DNA of 64,000 bases from the human T2T-CHM13v2.0 reference genome, Homo sapiens. The translations under genes were made by a program, and so were the position numbers. This document shows, piece after piece, positions 13,281 to 25,690 of the stretch (its first letter is position 1; every line of letters begins with the position of its first letter). The stretch lies in NCBI RefSeq assembly GCF_009914755.1, contig NC_060926.1; one strand, 5' to 3'. Below the pieces are notes generated by a model. It saw nothing but the letters and a program-made list of their open reading frames with translations, was not told where the DNA came from and did not search any database.

Positions 13281-13661
13281 CAGACATGCATTGGCTAATG
13301 ATGAGGATACATTCTGAGAAATGTTTTATCAGGTATTTTGTCATTGTGTAAACAGCATACATTATACTTACACAAACCTAGATGGTATAGTCCACTACAC
13401 ACCTAGGTTATAGGGTATAGCCTATTGCTTCTAGGCTACAAACCTATACAGCATGTTACTGTACTGAATACTGTAGGCAACTGTAACACAGTGGTAAGTA
13501 TTTGTGTGTATTTAAACATAGAAAAGGTACAGTAAAAATATGGTGTAAAAGATTTTAAAAATTGTACCGCTGTACAGGGCAACTCTATTGTAACCTTATG
13601 GGAACACCATTGTACATGCAGTCCACTGCTGAGGGAAACGTCATTATGTGGTGCAAGACTG
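13281..13661. mobile_element. Tigger3-type DNA transposon (non-autonomous)
   Basis: Termini CAGACATGCA... and ...GTGCAAGACTG followed by TA. The interior GGATACATTCTGAGAAATG, ACAAACCTAGATGGTATAG and GTTACTGTACTGAATACTGTAGGCAA match Tigger3. Confidence 0.8.
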
Positions 13662-15304
13662 TACTTTCCTTGAAAGAAGAAATTGGACTACTTACCGTTT
13701 TAAAATGCTTCTTAAATTTTCACTTGGCCTTTTGCCCTAGGGTTCCAATATATGGTAGACTCCTCCAGGCATCCCAGTGCCTGGTCTGAATCAATTCCTG
13801 GCTTTAGGATCGCAGTCCTCTTCCTGGCGTTTTTTTTTTCTTCTGTGCCTTGACCTTTTTGGTTGTTGTCGTTAACCAAGCTGACTTCCATCTTGACCTG
13901 CTCCCCATTCCTGCTTGTTCCAGCAGGTAGGTTGAGACCCTCAGTTCTATCAGCTCCCTAGCCCTACCACTCCTTGCCATCTTTCTTGGGAAAATCAATT
14001 CTTTTTTCTATCTCCTAGCAGTTTAGAATCAGACAGGCTCTGGGTTCAAATTCAGTCTTTGCTAGTCAGCTTCTCTATTGCTTCCTCAGTTGTCAGCACT
14101 CAGCCCATGAAAGTGATTCTTTGTTTAAACCTTCTTTTTACTTCTAGTAGTTGTTGTAGTGGTGGTCAGGCTAGTAATACTTGGGGACAAGGAGGGCCTT
14201 GCAGTACTGCTCACATTAATTTGTGATGGCATTTCTGTGCTCTTTGAAATACCTAGCAGCCCTTCTCAAAATTTTCTAGAGGGTTAAGTCCTCATGCCCT
14301 AAGACATCCACTGTATGTAATACATTAATCTATCTCCTCCGCATCTAGAACAGTACTGGCTAAGTACTTTCCTTGGGAGAATTGAGAAAATAGTGACTGA
14401 AATCATTTTCTATGGGACTTAATTCTCTCAAGGAACCTTGGTTGGGAAGAATGGTTAAAGAATAGATTTCCATAATTTATGATGTTGAGCTTACATTTGA
14501 AAGCTGTTTGATTTAGAAGAATGAATGTGACCAAAAGGGAAGGAAGCTAATACATGAATTCCAAATTAGCATGTTTGTAAGGCATTCTGAAGACTCTATC
14601 TGCAAGAGGAATTTTTCTGTTGTTTATAGCTATCCTCTGTAGACCTGATCCTGAAACCTATTTCCCAAGTAGTAACCTTTATTTTTACATTATTGAGCCT
14701 GAATGCTGATCATAGACTTTCCTTGCAGGTGGTGCTAAATGAGAATGTTGACACATTTATTTTGGAAGCCACTGGGGAATGCCGTCCAGAATTTTAGCTG
14801 ATCTTACTTTCACTGCACTCTTTTTATTGAAAATATATTTTTGGTTGACATTCAAAAAGGAGACAAGAACAGGCAGATGTCTGGAATAAGACTGCCACAT
14901 CAAGTCTTCCTTTTCATTTGCCTATCCATGACAAGCAAAGTAGTGTTTGGAGATGTGGGAAAACTTTCCAAATTCATTTGAATTGTGAAGACACAAACCC
15001 CAAAAGTACATAGATGGTGCTGGTTGTTCTGAACTGTGGTGGGAAATTTTGGCTCAGAATTACTACTCAGACTGGAGAGAGAAGGTGGTTGGGTACTTTC
15101 TCTTTGAAAACATCCAGACCTTATGGAGTAGATGGGAATAGAATGGTGAAATCAGAAAGAAGGGTGGATGAATTTTCCGCAAATAAATCATATGGTTAAA
15201 GAAGGAGAAAGAGAATTTGCTAGAACTCTGAAGGGGCTGCTTGGCTAGAATGCGTTTACCTTTGGAAATAAAAAGGTGTTTCCAGTGGTCTTTTGGAAGC
15301 TGTA

Positions 15305-15713
15305 TGTACTAGTCTGTTCTCCTGTTGCTATAATGGAATACCCGAGACTGGGTAATCTATAAAGAGAAAAGGTTTAATTGACTCACGAATCTGCAGGCCT
15401 AGCAACATCTGCTTCCAGGGAGGCCTTAGTAAGCTTATAATCATGGGAGAGGGTGAAGCAAAAGCAGGCACATCACATGGCAAAAGCAGGAGCGAGAGAG
15501 CACAGCGGGAGGTGCTACACACTTTTAAATGGCCAGATCTCAGGAGAACTCACTCTCTATTGAGAGGACAGTACCAAGGGGAATGGTGCTAAACCATTCA
15601 TGAGAAATCCACTCTGGATAATCCAGTCATCTCCCACCAGGCTCCAGCTCCAACACTGGGGATTACATTTCCATATGAGAAACTGGGTAGAGACACACAT
15701 CCAAACTATATCA
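15305..15713 (-). mobile_element. MaLR solo LTR (MSTA/MSTB-like)
   Basis: The reverse complement begins TGATATAGTTTGGATGTGTGTC. A 5-bp TSD-like pair flanks it (CTGTA/CTGTC). Confidence 0.85.
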
Positions 15714-18700
15714 CTGTCCATCATTAATGGTTTTTCAGGCTCTTTGAAATGTTCTCTGACTGTATTATTACAGACTCGTTTTGATTCAGGGCAGACATAA
15801 AAAGAGTGAACATGAGTGGGATCTGTTAGCAAGAAAAGCAGCACTATTACATTCTCAATAAGCCCCACATTCAGAGCACATACACCCAGCTCATTCCAAC
15901 ACAAGTTACACTAATTTAACATCATGGTGACTCTGGTATAGTGAAACTTTAATTATGGCTAGAAATTGGCACAGCCATTTCACCTTTTGCAGTCTAGTAC
16001 TTAGTCTCTTTCAAGGGGCATTAATGTTTAAGCTATTTAGCTAAATGAAAATTATTTTTATGAAAAGGTTAAGCGATCTATACACTTGTATTTAAGGGGA
16101 TATTTTGCTTTTCCTGTACAGATTTATCTTCACTTTAAAGTTGAAACATGAAATAAGCCATGGAAATAAAAAAGAAAAAGAAAAAGTGGAATAGTAAATC
16201 AGGAGAATTTCTCTTTCAACATCTCCTTCAAATGAGCCTACAATTAGATAGGGATTGTCAACATCGCATGCATTTGCCAAAGCCCAGTCATATTTTTTGG
16301 ATTTAGTGGAGGTAGGGATATTATGGGAAGAGAAAGTTAGACAGAAATTCTGTGCTTGGAAACCTGTTTCTGTGTGTTTATGAACAAACTAAACAAAATT
16401 GATAGTCCTCTGAACATCCAGCTGAGCTCACCTGTGGGAAATCCCTGGCTGTCCTCTGGCAATAAACTTATAAATAGCTCAACTGATTGAAAAACAGGGT
16501 TGAGGAGGTGATTTTTAAAAATTCCTGGTAAATTTGTAAAACAGGCTATAAAAGGAAGCATTTTTCTAATTCTTTGGTTGTTTATTGCTAGTTATCATAG
16601 ACCCAACTGCTTCCCCACCTGTCCCCATTCACATCTAGATAGCAGCAACTTCATAGATTGGGAAAAACTTTATAACAAATAACATACCAGTATTATGGGT
16701 CATTTTGTGATCCATTCGGTTGAAAACAGTTTTGGGGAGTCATTTTAAAATGGGGAAAATCGGTGCCTACAGTAAATGAAGTTGTTCCTGTGTTACCTAA
16801 GGAGCAAGTTAAGGAGGGAGGGATGAGCACCATCACAGGATGCAAAAACTCAGGGAGAGATAAGATTGATGACATCAATCAAAACCAGAAGCACTGGACT
16901 TACTACTACAACATTACTTTACCTTGACTTGCACAGGTTACAAGGAGACGTTTTGTGTATCCCATTCTGAGTCCAGGATCAGAGGGATGCCCTGCTGGCT
17001 GGTTAGGTTTAAAAATACCCTGGTAGGTATCTTCTAGTATCTAATTCCTGGGCAGGATAGACCTTGTACCACCAGCTTCATTCTGAAGGTATCACTAGAA
17101 ATTCAGCCTCACAGTGATCTTTGAAATCTGAGCTGGTAGCTTTTAGGGGGCTGCTAATGAGAATCATATAATAACACTAAAGAAAGATCTGAATGAACAT
17201 GCCAGATGACTGCATTTATATTCACTGAATTGGCTGTAAGATGAATCGTGTTTGGGGCTGCCTAAGCACGCAGCCTCTCCTAAAATTTGGCTGTAGCACC
17301 TGTTGAAATAGAATGGAAGATAAAAGTGGTTTCAAGAGTGTGATGAAATGATTGTGTTATTGAAATGCTAATTTAGATGTGGCAATTGCCTAAGAGATGA
17401 CTCTGCCTGTGAGACAGCCTGCACATCTGAGCCCACATCCAATGAAAATGCCTTTCCTCCAGTGTTGTGTGTTTGCATGTGTGTGCGTGCATACACAGAT
17501 GTCTTACTCTTTGACAAGCCCTTTAACGAGTGTCAATCTTGGTATGTTTCCACCCAGGGGATTTTTCTGTCACTACTTTAGCATACATTTTTTATTATTG
17601 TTGGTTGAACACAACCTCTCCTTTTCAAATACCATTGCATGCTTGACAAGATTTGGAACCTTCTAGAAAAGGGGTTCCAGGCTCAGTGGCTCTGATCATG
17701 AACTAGCGACTAATTTGCCTGACTAGAGCATCCACCTGAGGCAAAGGGAAGAAAGTGGAGTGTGGCCAACTCAGGACCAGTCTAGTGGAGAGGCCGTTCG
17801 CACAGACCTTTGACCGGGACCCCTCAGGTGAAATGGCCTCCTCCAATCACCTTGATTAGCCTCCCCTGAATGATAGGCTTTGGGGAACCCAGCAGTCCTG
17901 AGGCACTGTTGTCACTGTGGAGAAACAAACTGCAATATCTGAACCACAGGCTCTCCCTGCAGCAATGCAAATCAAAAAGTATACGCATATTTTGAAACAA
18001 GACAAAGCCGTAGATTTTTAAAGCTCAGCATGGTGATAAATAAAAATGTGCAGCAAATCTGTCATTTGTGTGTGACATCTGAGGGGCAATTCATCAGGAC
18101 TTGAGTTTACTTGAAAAGAAGATAATCATGAAAAATTGTCAATGTAACACTAATTGTGGGGGATATTAATCCTGTTCAAGTTGCTTTCTCCATTAGCACA
18201 ATCGCTAAAATGCACCGTTTGGCCTCTGGAGTATTTATACTTTCCTTTCCCTAATTATGACTGTGGAGGCTGCTGAAGCATAATACCTGGGAAGTAAAAA
18301 GGATCTAGAGTGAAATGGAAAAAAAAAAACCCACGACAGAGATGAAAAATGCTATGTTGGAGCTTGCAACCCCTGGCTCAGCAAGGCCTTCCAGGTCATT
18401 CATCTTGCCTTTGATTTGTCTGCCTTTTCACTTCAAATAGGTTTACAGGTTTTTAGCTGAAACCAATTAAAGAGAGCCAATTGGCAGGGTTAGCACTTGT
18501 GGTGTTTATGGTGCGCATTGTATTGATTTATGCTGCTCAGCAGCTACAGTGAAAAGCAAACTATATGAAGAGGAGGGGAAACCTCAGACTGGGGAGGGAT
18601 TACAGTGCATAGGATTAGTTCGAGGACAGTAATGAACAACGCCATAAAGAAAACTGCTGACTCTATAAGTTCAAGCAATAGGAGATTTTTTTTGTTAAGA

Positions 18701-18947
18701 AAGACAGACTAATGGCTATAATGTAGTGACAAGTAATTATGCAAGATGCTTAGTATCAATTGACGGTGCAGGGCCCTTTTATTTGAAGTAGCAGAAAAGG
18801 ATGCAGGGAAAGAGAACACATTAGCTGGTTGTGTTGTGGCTTCTTTGGGCTTCACCTTCCGGGCAAAGACATAGTTGGGTGGGGCCTGAGGGAATGAGCT
18901 CCAGGAGAATAGAGTATGAAGTTACTGAGTGGTGAGACAAGGATGAA

Positions 18948-19243
<296 letters not shown>

Positions 19244-20329
19244 AAGACAAGGATGACTTTTAAAAAGTCTTGCAATATTGGAAATAGCTGGTTGGTCACT
19301 TAAGCCTGGCTGGGTCAAAATATTGAGTGAGATATTGTGGAAAATGGGAAGCTTTGCAGGAAATACCCATGCAATGAAAGTGATAAAGAAAAACATTGGG
19401 TTAACTTCTGAGGTCCTTTCCCGCCTTCTAGCTTTACAAGGCATAGAATATTCACTGTCATGTCCATAGTCTTGAAGAGTTGATGACTTATATGCTTAAT
19501 GATGTAACATCATCTGAATTGGTAGGCGGTAGAGAGTGGGCAAAGTATTGGTATTTTTGAACATAAGACTAAAAGATTCTACTTTTGGGGTGGGAGGGTG
19601 AGGAAAACCATAACTTTTTTGTTTGTAATCCTCTATAGCGCAGGCTCATGAAATTGAGGAATCGCAATCGAAAACTCTTTTGACATGTCTTATAGATTCT
19701 TGGAGACAAAAGCTTTGATTATTGAAGAAAAAAACGTTTAAGCAAGTTAAATGACCAGTTTGGTTTGAAAAATAGCTCAGGCTGGATTGTCCTGTAAGAC
19801 TTTTATGACTTAATGTTAAACTTCATAAAGACAGGTGAGCCAGGTGCAGCCTTGAATATTTGTAATAATAACAATAATAATTATGAGGTGTTAATATTCA
19901 GGCCTTGCCTTTGTTTAATAGCTTATCCTGGTTTTTAAAGTGCCATACATGCATCGACTCTTTGATTATCAAAAACATCCTGTGAGGTTATATAAGGTTA
20001 GCCATCATTATCCCTATCTGAAAGATGAAGGAATAGCCTCAGGTAGCTTAAGTGATTTATTGTGGCAACTGATAAGGGGAAGGAGCAGAAAGGAATGAAC
20101 AATTATTGAAGATTTATGACTCACCAGATCTTGGACTAGAATATACATATGTGTGTAAGGCCTCAAAACTACAATCGAGTCCCTTTTTTTAACAGGAGAT
20201 GAAATTGGACTCGAACAGGGGGAGCAAACTGACCCCTCGTCAGTAACAAGCAAGAGAGGACAGTGGGTTTTGAACCCAGGTACCAAGCTCTGGCTACTCA
20301 TCTATACTTTCTCTCTCTTGATCATAATG

Positions 20330-21178
20330 GCTATTCTGGTAAAAAGAAATTTCCCTGGTCCAGAACGTAAGGAGCTTAGAAGTTTTCACTCCATCCTAAT
20401 AACAAGTAAAAAGCTGTACAAACAAAAAATCAACAACTCTTCTCAGATCCTTGCCCCCATAATTGGAGAGACAGGCAAATACACCTTACAGGAGGAGAAA
20501 CCCAGATAGAAACAAGTGCTGGGGTGGGAAAACCTGAACTATAATTGACAAATTGCTGGAGGCTCAGTGTGGACAAGTTTAAGAGGTAAACATTTCAGGT
20601 GGATCCAGTTACTGGGGGAGCCCTCACAATTTTGTGAGTTCTATCTCTAAAAGCTCTATCAGGCAGGTTCTCACAGTGAGGATCAGAGAAAAATAATCCC
20701 CTTGGGCTTCCTGTACAGAGAGGGAAAAAGTGACCCTCTTGAAATATACCAGAGCATTCTGTTCTTAACGAGGCCTGCCCTCAGCAGAAGCTATTTCACC
20801 AGAGCCTCATCTATGCAGGTGTTATCAGAGCCTAACCGATCTGGGGAAAGGGAAATAGCTTCAGCCCATTCCAGCCTTCCACATGGACGAATAGGCAGAG
20901 ACAGAGGACTTTTGGGGCAGTAAAAATACTCTGTATAGTACTATACAGTAATGTCATTATACATTTGTCCAAACCCACATAAAGTACACCAAGAGTGAAC
21001 CCTAGTGTGAACTGTAGTCTTCGGATGATTATGATGTGTCAGTGTAGGGTCCTCAATTGTAGCAAATGTACCACTCTGGTGGTGGCTGTTGATGGTGGGT
21101 GAGGCTGTGCATATGTTGGGGGAGGGGGTACGTGGGAACTCGCTGTACTTACTGCTAAATTTTACTATGAACCTAAAT
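20330..21178 (+). mobile_element. Old L1M fragments (5'-region-like segment joined to an L1MC/MD 3'UTR)
   Basis: 20900-21178 matches an L1MC-type 3' end (CATTATACATTTGTCCAAACCCA...CAAATGTACCACTCTGGTG...TGAACCTAAA). The upstream part resembles L1M 5' sequence. Confidence 0.6.
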
Positions 21179-22779
21179 AGATGAGGGTACTAGTAATAAT
21201 TACTCCAGGAAAACAGGGATACCTTGAGTTGTCCAGGGCAAAACAGAGAGAATGGTCACTTTACTTATGGCTTCAAGATTTCCAAGGGGAGCTGAGTTGG
21301 GGTGTGTGTGCCTGTGGATGTGGATAGTGGATTAAATCCAGTTTGATAGTGACCTTAATTACTTTACCGTAAGCAGTGGGCTCCTCAAGGGTACCCGCCT
21401 TGCTTTTCCTGGCATAGAATGTCTCCACTCCATTCATGGAGTGAATGAATGGGCTAAAGGCTTAGGTACTTTTCTTCTATGTTTCTTCCATATCAGCTTC
21501 CTCTATTAGGGTTTCTGATTCCATCAGTGTGTTTTCTGTTTGTTCAGCATCCTTCACTCTGTCTTCGTGATATCATTCCTCTTAGACATGACATTCTCAA
21601 TAACTATTATCTCTCACATTGGTTTTTCTTTCAGATATTTTTGCTTTTCTGTCTAAAGTCACACTATACCAGAATTTGTAGCAAATTTGTGTCCTGGGAT
21701 TTGGAAGCTGGGTGGCTAGTACCAACCTGATGAAGTGTGGTAGAGAAAAGCTTCCAGATTAGTGTATTATGGAACACATACTTAATATGCATATTACAGG
21801 AGAAAACAAGTGGAGTTGATTTAGAGGACTACAGTGGAGTTGATAAAGAAAAAAATACATAAGATCTTGATAACACAAAATAATCTTTTAAACCAACAAA
21901 ATGAACCAACAAAATACAGCAGATTCTCATTACAAGGGCTGGATATACATAATTTTAAGCCTGGATCAGGCTAAGCATAGGCAAATGTGTGGTATGACTA
22001 ACTGAGAACCTGGATTGCAAGTTAGAAAATCTAAGTTCTAACCTTGGCTAAGAGGAGTGGCTGTGTGGCTTAACCTTCGAGGCTCAATTTTCTTCATCTG
22101 TGATGGGAAGGAATTCAGACCACATACTCTTTAGGGCCTCTTCTAGATTTAATAGTCCTTTTCATGATTTTTTGAAGGTACTTAAGCTTGAACACCCCAG
22201 AAGCAGAAGAGGCAGCTTACACTGTGGCTTGAATCCTAAGAGACATTGCTTGTAGGCCTGTACGACTCTATTCTCATAGTGTGGAAGTCTCAGACCTTCT
22301 GTGTCCTGCTCATGTATTTATTGGAAAGACCAGTTACCTTCAGAAACAGGGCTCAGAATGTCCCAGCTTGGAGAGATTTAGACCAACCACATAATTTCAC
22401 AAGAAAGAAGCTAATGCTCAGAGAGAGAAACGTATCTAAATTCACATAGCCATGTCAGAGTGAAACATTTGCTAAACTCTCTGTCTCCTGACATTGCCAA
22501 GTCTTCTGACACTCTACCTCATTCATTCACTCACTTATTTGTTCAATACTTTCTGAGAGTCTACTATGCAGTCAACACCTTTTACACCTGTCAGGATTCA
22601 AAAATAAAGAAGACATAATCCCTATTTACAAACAAGATCTTTTAAGATGTATGTGTTGATAAAACTCATTGTTGTTATTTCTTTTGCAGTTGTTTTCATT
22701 CATCAGCTGCCTGCCTTAATATTACCACTGAAGAATTTTGTACGTTTGTTTTTCTGGTGTGGATGGCATGGCAGAATGG

Positions 22780-23220
22780 TAGATACTGCATGGATTAAGA
22801 CATGCTAGGCTGCAGAAACAATAGCCCTCCATCCTCTACCCCCTGCCAAATAGAACAGCTTACAAAACAAGTGTATTATTTTCTAATTTTATGGGCAAAC
22901 AGAAGCTTTGCTCCCTGCAGCTTTTCAAGGACCCAGACTGATGGAGGTTGTGCTATTTTTAATACAGACTTACAGGGTTACTTGTGGTACCAATATTTGG
23001 CCAAATGAAAGGAAGGAGAACAGATGATTTCTTGTTGTCATTTTATGGACCACAGCTTGCTATGGCACGGAACACTTTTGCTCACATTCTATTAGCTAGA
23101 ACCTAGTCACATGACCACACATAAATGAAAGGTAGGCTGGAAAATAGAGTCTAGCTCAATGCCCAGAAAATTAAAAAAAAAAATTGGTTTTAGTGAACTG
23201 TCAGCAGTCTTTGCCACATT
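22780..23220 (-). mobile_element. Old MLT1 LTR
   Basis: GCTCACATTCTATTAGCTAGAACCTAGTCACATGACCACAC...GGCTGGAAAATAGAGTCTAGCT is typical of MLT1J/K. Confidence 0.6.
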
Positions 23221-23496
23221 GCTGTATGCCTAAACCTCACCTTCTATTAAACCATTCTGTGAATTCCTGTTCAGATTTAGTTCCCTTGTGGAGGGTGATT
23301 TGTATCAATTTTTAAATGGGTGTATTCATCCCTATTGAAAGTTAACATACTTGCTTTTTTTTTTGCTAGATGTCTTTAGAATTCTGCAAATAAATGGTTC
23401 AATATTGCTGTTTAATAATCGAACACAGAACAAGAGCTGTAAAGTTTTATCTCTATGTCTTGCTTGATTTATTCCTCACCATGGACAACATACATC

Positions 23497-23944
23497 TTTT
23501 TAAAAATTTATTTTAGTTTGAGTTCTGGGATACATGTGGAGAATGTGCAGGTTTGTTACATAGGTATACAGGTGCCATGGTGGTTTGCTGCACCTATCAA
23601 CCCATCATCTAGGTTTTAAGCCCTGCATGCGTTACGTATTTGTCCTAATGCTCTCCCTCCCCTTACCCTACCACCCCCGACAGGCCGCAGTGTGTGATGT
23701 TCCCCTCCCTGTTTCCATGTGTTCTCATTTTTCAACTCCCACTCATGAATGAGAACATGCGGTGGCTTCTAGCTTCATCTATGTCCCTGCAAAGGACATG
23801 AACTCATTCTTTTTTATGGTTGCATAGTATTGCTTGGTGTATATGTGCCACAGTTTTTTTTATCCAGTCTATCATTGATGGGCATTTGGATTGGTTCCAA
23901 GTCTTTGCTATTGTAAATAGTGTTGCAATAAACATATGGGTGCA
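23497..23944 (-). mobile_element. L1PA 3' fragment
   Basis: L1PA 3'UTR reverse complement with a T-rich tail. TSD AACATACATC on both sides (~23487 and 23945). Confidence 0.9.
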
Positions 23945-24079
23945 AACATACATCATTATACAACATCTCACTTACATAATACTTTTATTAAAATAAGCAA
24001 AAAAACAAAAACATCAACAGCCACCACAAAAACCCCTGCCTTACCTTAGAGGTAGTTCTGAGGAGTTAAAGGAAGACAG

Positions 24080-24390
24080 TTTTTTAAAAATTTATTTTAT
24101 ATATTTTTAAACTTTTAAGTTCAGGGATACAAGTGCGGGTTTGTTACATAGGTAAGCTTATGTAATGGGGATTTGTTGTACAGATTATTTCATCACTCAG
24201 GCATTAAGCCTAGGACCCATGAGTTATTTTTCCTGATCCTCTCCCTCCCCGCAAACTCCACCCTCCAAAAGGTCCCAGTGTGTGTTGTTCCCTTCTATGT
24301 GTCCATGTGTTCTCATCACTTAGCTCCCATTTCTAAGTGACAGTATGCGGTATTTGATTTTCTGTTCCTGTGTTAGTTTGCTAAGGATAA
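24080..24390 (-). mobile_element. Older L1PA 3' fragment
   Basis: TTTTAAGTTCAGGGATACAAGTGCGGGTTTGTTACATAGG...TTAGTTTGCTAAGGATAA. Confidence 0.85.
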
Positions 24391-24719
24391 GAGAGTTAAT
24401 TACATATATTTTTAAAAACTGAATGAAAGATTACTGGAGAAATAACTTATGTTTCATGAGAGGAATACATTTATATAATTATGGAAATATGATTTTGCCT
24501 ACCATTAACAAATCAACATTAGAAAATGTTTTAACCCCCCAGCATGCGACCTCATCACTAAATTTAAAATATGAAATTTGATCATGACATAGGTATGAGT
24601 ACTAGACCAGATTATGATACCTTTTTAAAGAGGTACAAAGGGAATCCTGGACTGAGGGAGTCATTTGAGTATAATTTTAATTTAAAATGCCCCAGGAAAC
24701 AGTAAGTATTCTTTGTCTA

Positions 24720-25050
24720 GATTTCTATATGGCTCATTTCTGCACTTTATTTTCTGCTCATATCTTTTTTTTTGGCAAGGCTTCTACAACTACCCTATCA
24801 AATATAGCCTCCCCCATTACTCTCTACTCACCTTACTAGCTTTATTTTTATTTTTATAGCACTTTTGCTAGCTTGCATTATATTATATATTCACTTGCTC
24901 GTTTGTTATTGTCTTTATTCATCACTAGAATATAAGCTCAAGGAGGGCAGAAACTTGATCTGTCTTGTTTATTATTGTGTCCCCAGCAACCTTGAACAAA
25001 CAGTACCTGAATTAGACTAGATGCCCAATAGACTTTGGTTAAATAAATGA
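24720..25050 (+). mobile_element. L2 3' end
   Basis: CACTAGAATATAAGCTC..GAGGGCAG...CAGTACCTG...AATAAATGA. Confidence 0.7.
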
Positions 25051-25169
25051 CTTGCTTGTTTCACATAGATGCAAGATTACTTAATGGCCACAATGGAGGC
25101 AATGGACATTGGTTATGACCCATAAGTGCTATTCTGGGTGGTTGCATGCCCAGAGCCATTGTAAACCTG

Positions 25170-25690
25170 TGCCAGTTAAGCTTTTGCCGCTGAAATGACT
25201 GCCCGAAACTTAGTGGCTCAAAGCAACAATATTTACTCAGCTTATGACTCTGTAGGTCTGCAGTTTTGGCTGGGATTTAAGCTGGGTGGTTCTTTTCACC
25301 TTGGCTAGGCTCACTCATGCGTCTGTCGTCAGGTTTGAGTCAGCTAGGTGGCTCTGCTTCCAGAGTTGGCTGACTGTCACCTGTGGTGATGGGGCTGACT
25401 AAGCCATGTGTCTCTCATCATGTAGCAAGCCAGACCAAGCTCCACATTGCACATGCTCAGTATTTCAGAGTTAGAGCAGAAAGTGGAAAGCTTTTTGAGG
25501 CATATGTTCGAAACAGGTACAATGAACTTCTGATGCAATCTATTGGCTGGAGCATGCCATAATGGCAGCCTAGATTCAAGTGATAGAGAAATAGATTTCA
25601 CCTTTAAAAGGATGGAGCAGCAAAGTCTGATTTTAAGAAAATGAATCTGGGCAATGGGAGAGTTTGTGGCCACTTTTGAAATCTATCACC
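25170..25690 (-). mobile_element. Old MLT1 LTR
   Basis: AAACTTAGTGGCTCAAAGCAACAA...GCTGGGTGGTTC...CCTAGATTCAAG..AGAAATAGATTTCACCT motifs. Confidence 0.65.

Noticed and set aside
16690-16860. VVPVLPK-like reading suggestive of another LINE RT remnant
   Set aside because: A single short motif with no collinear supporting motifs.
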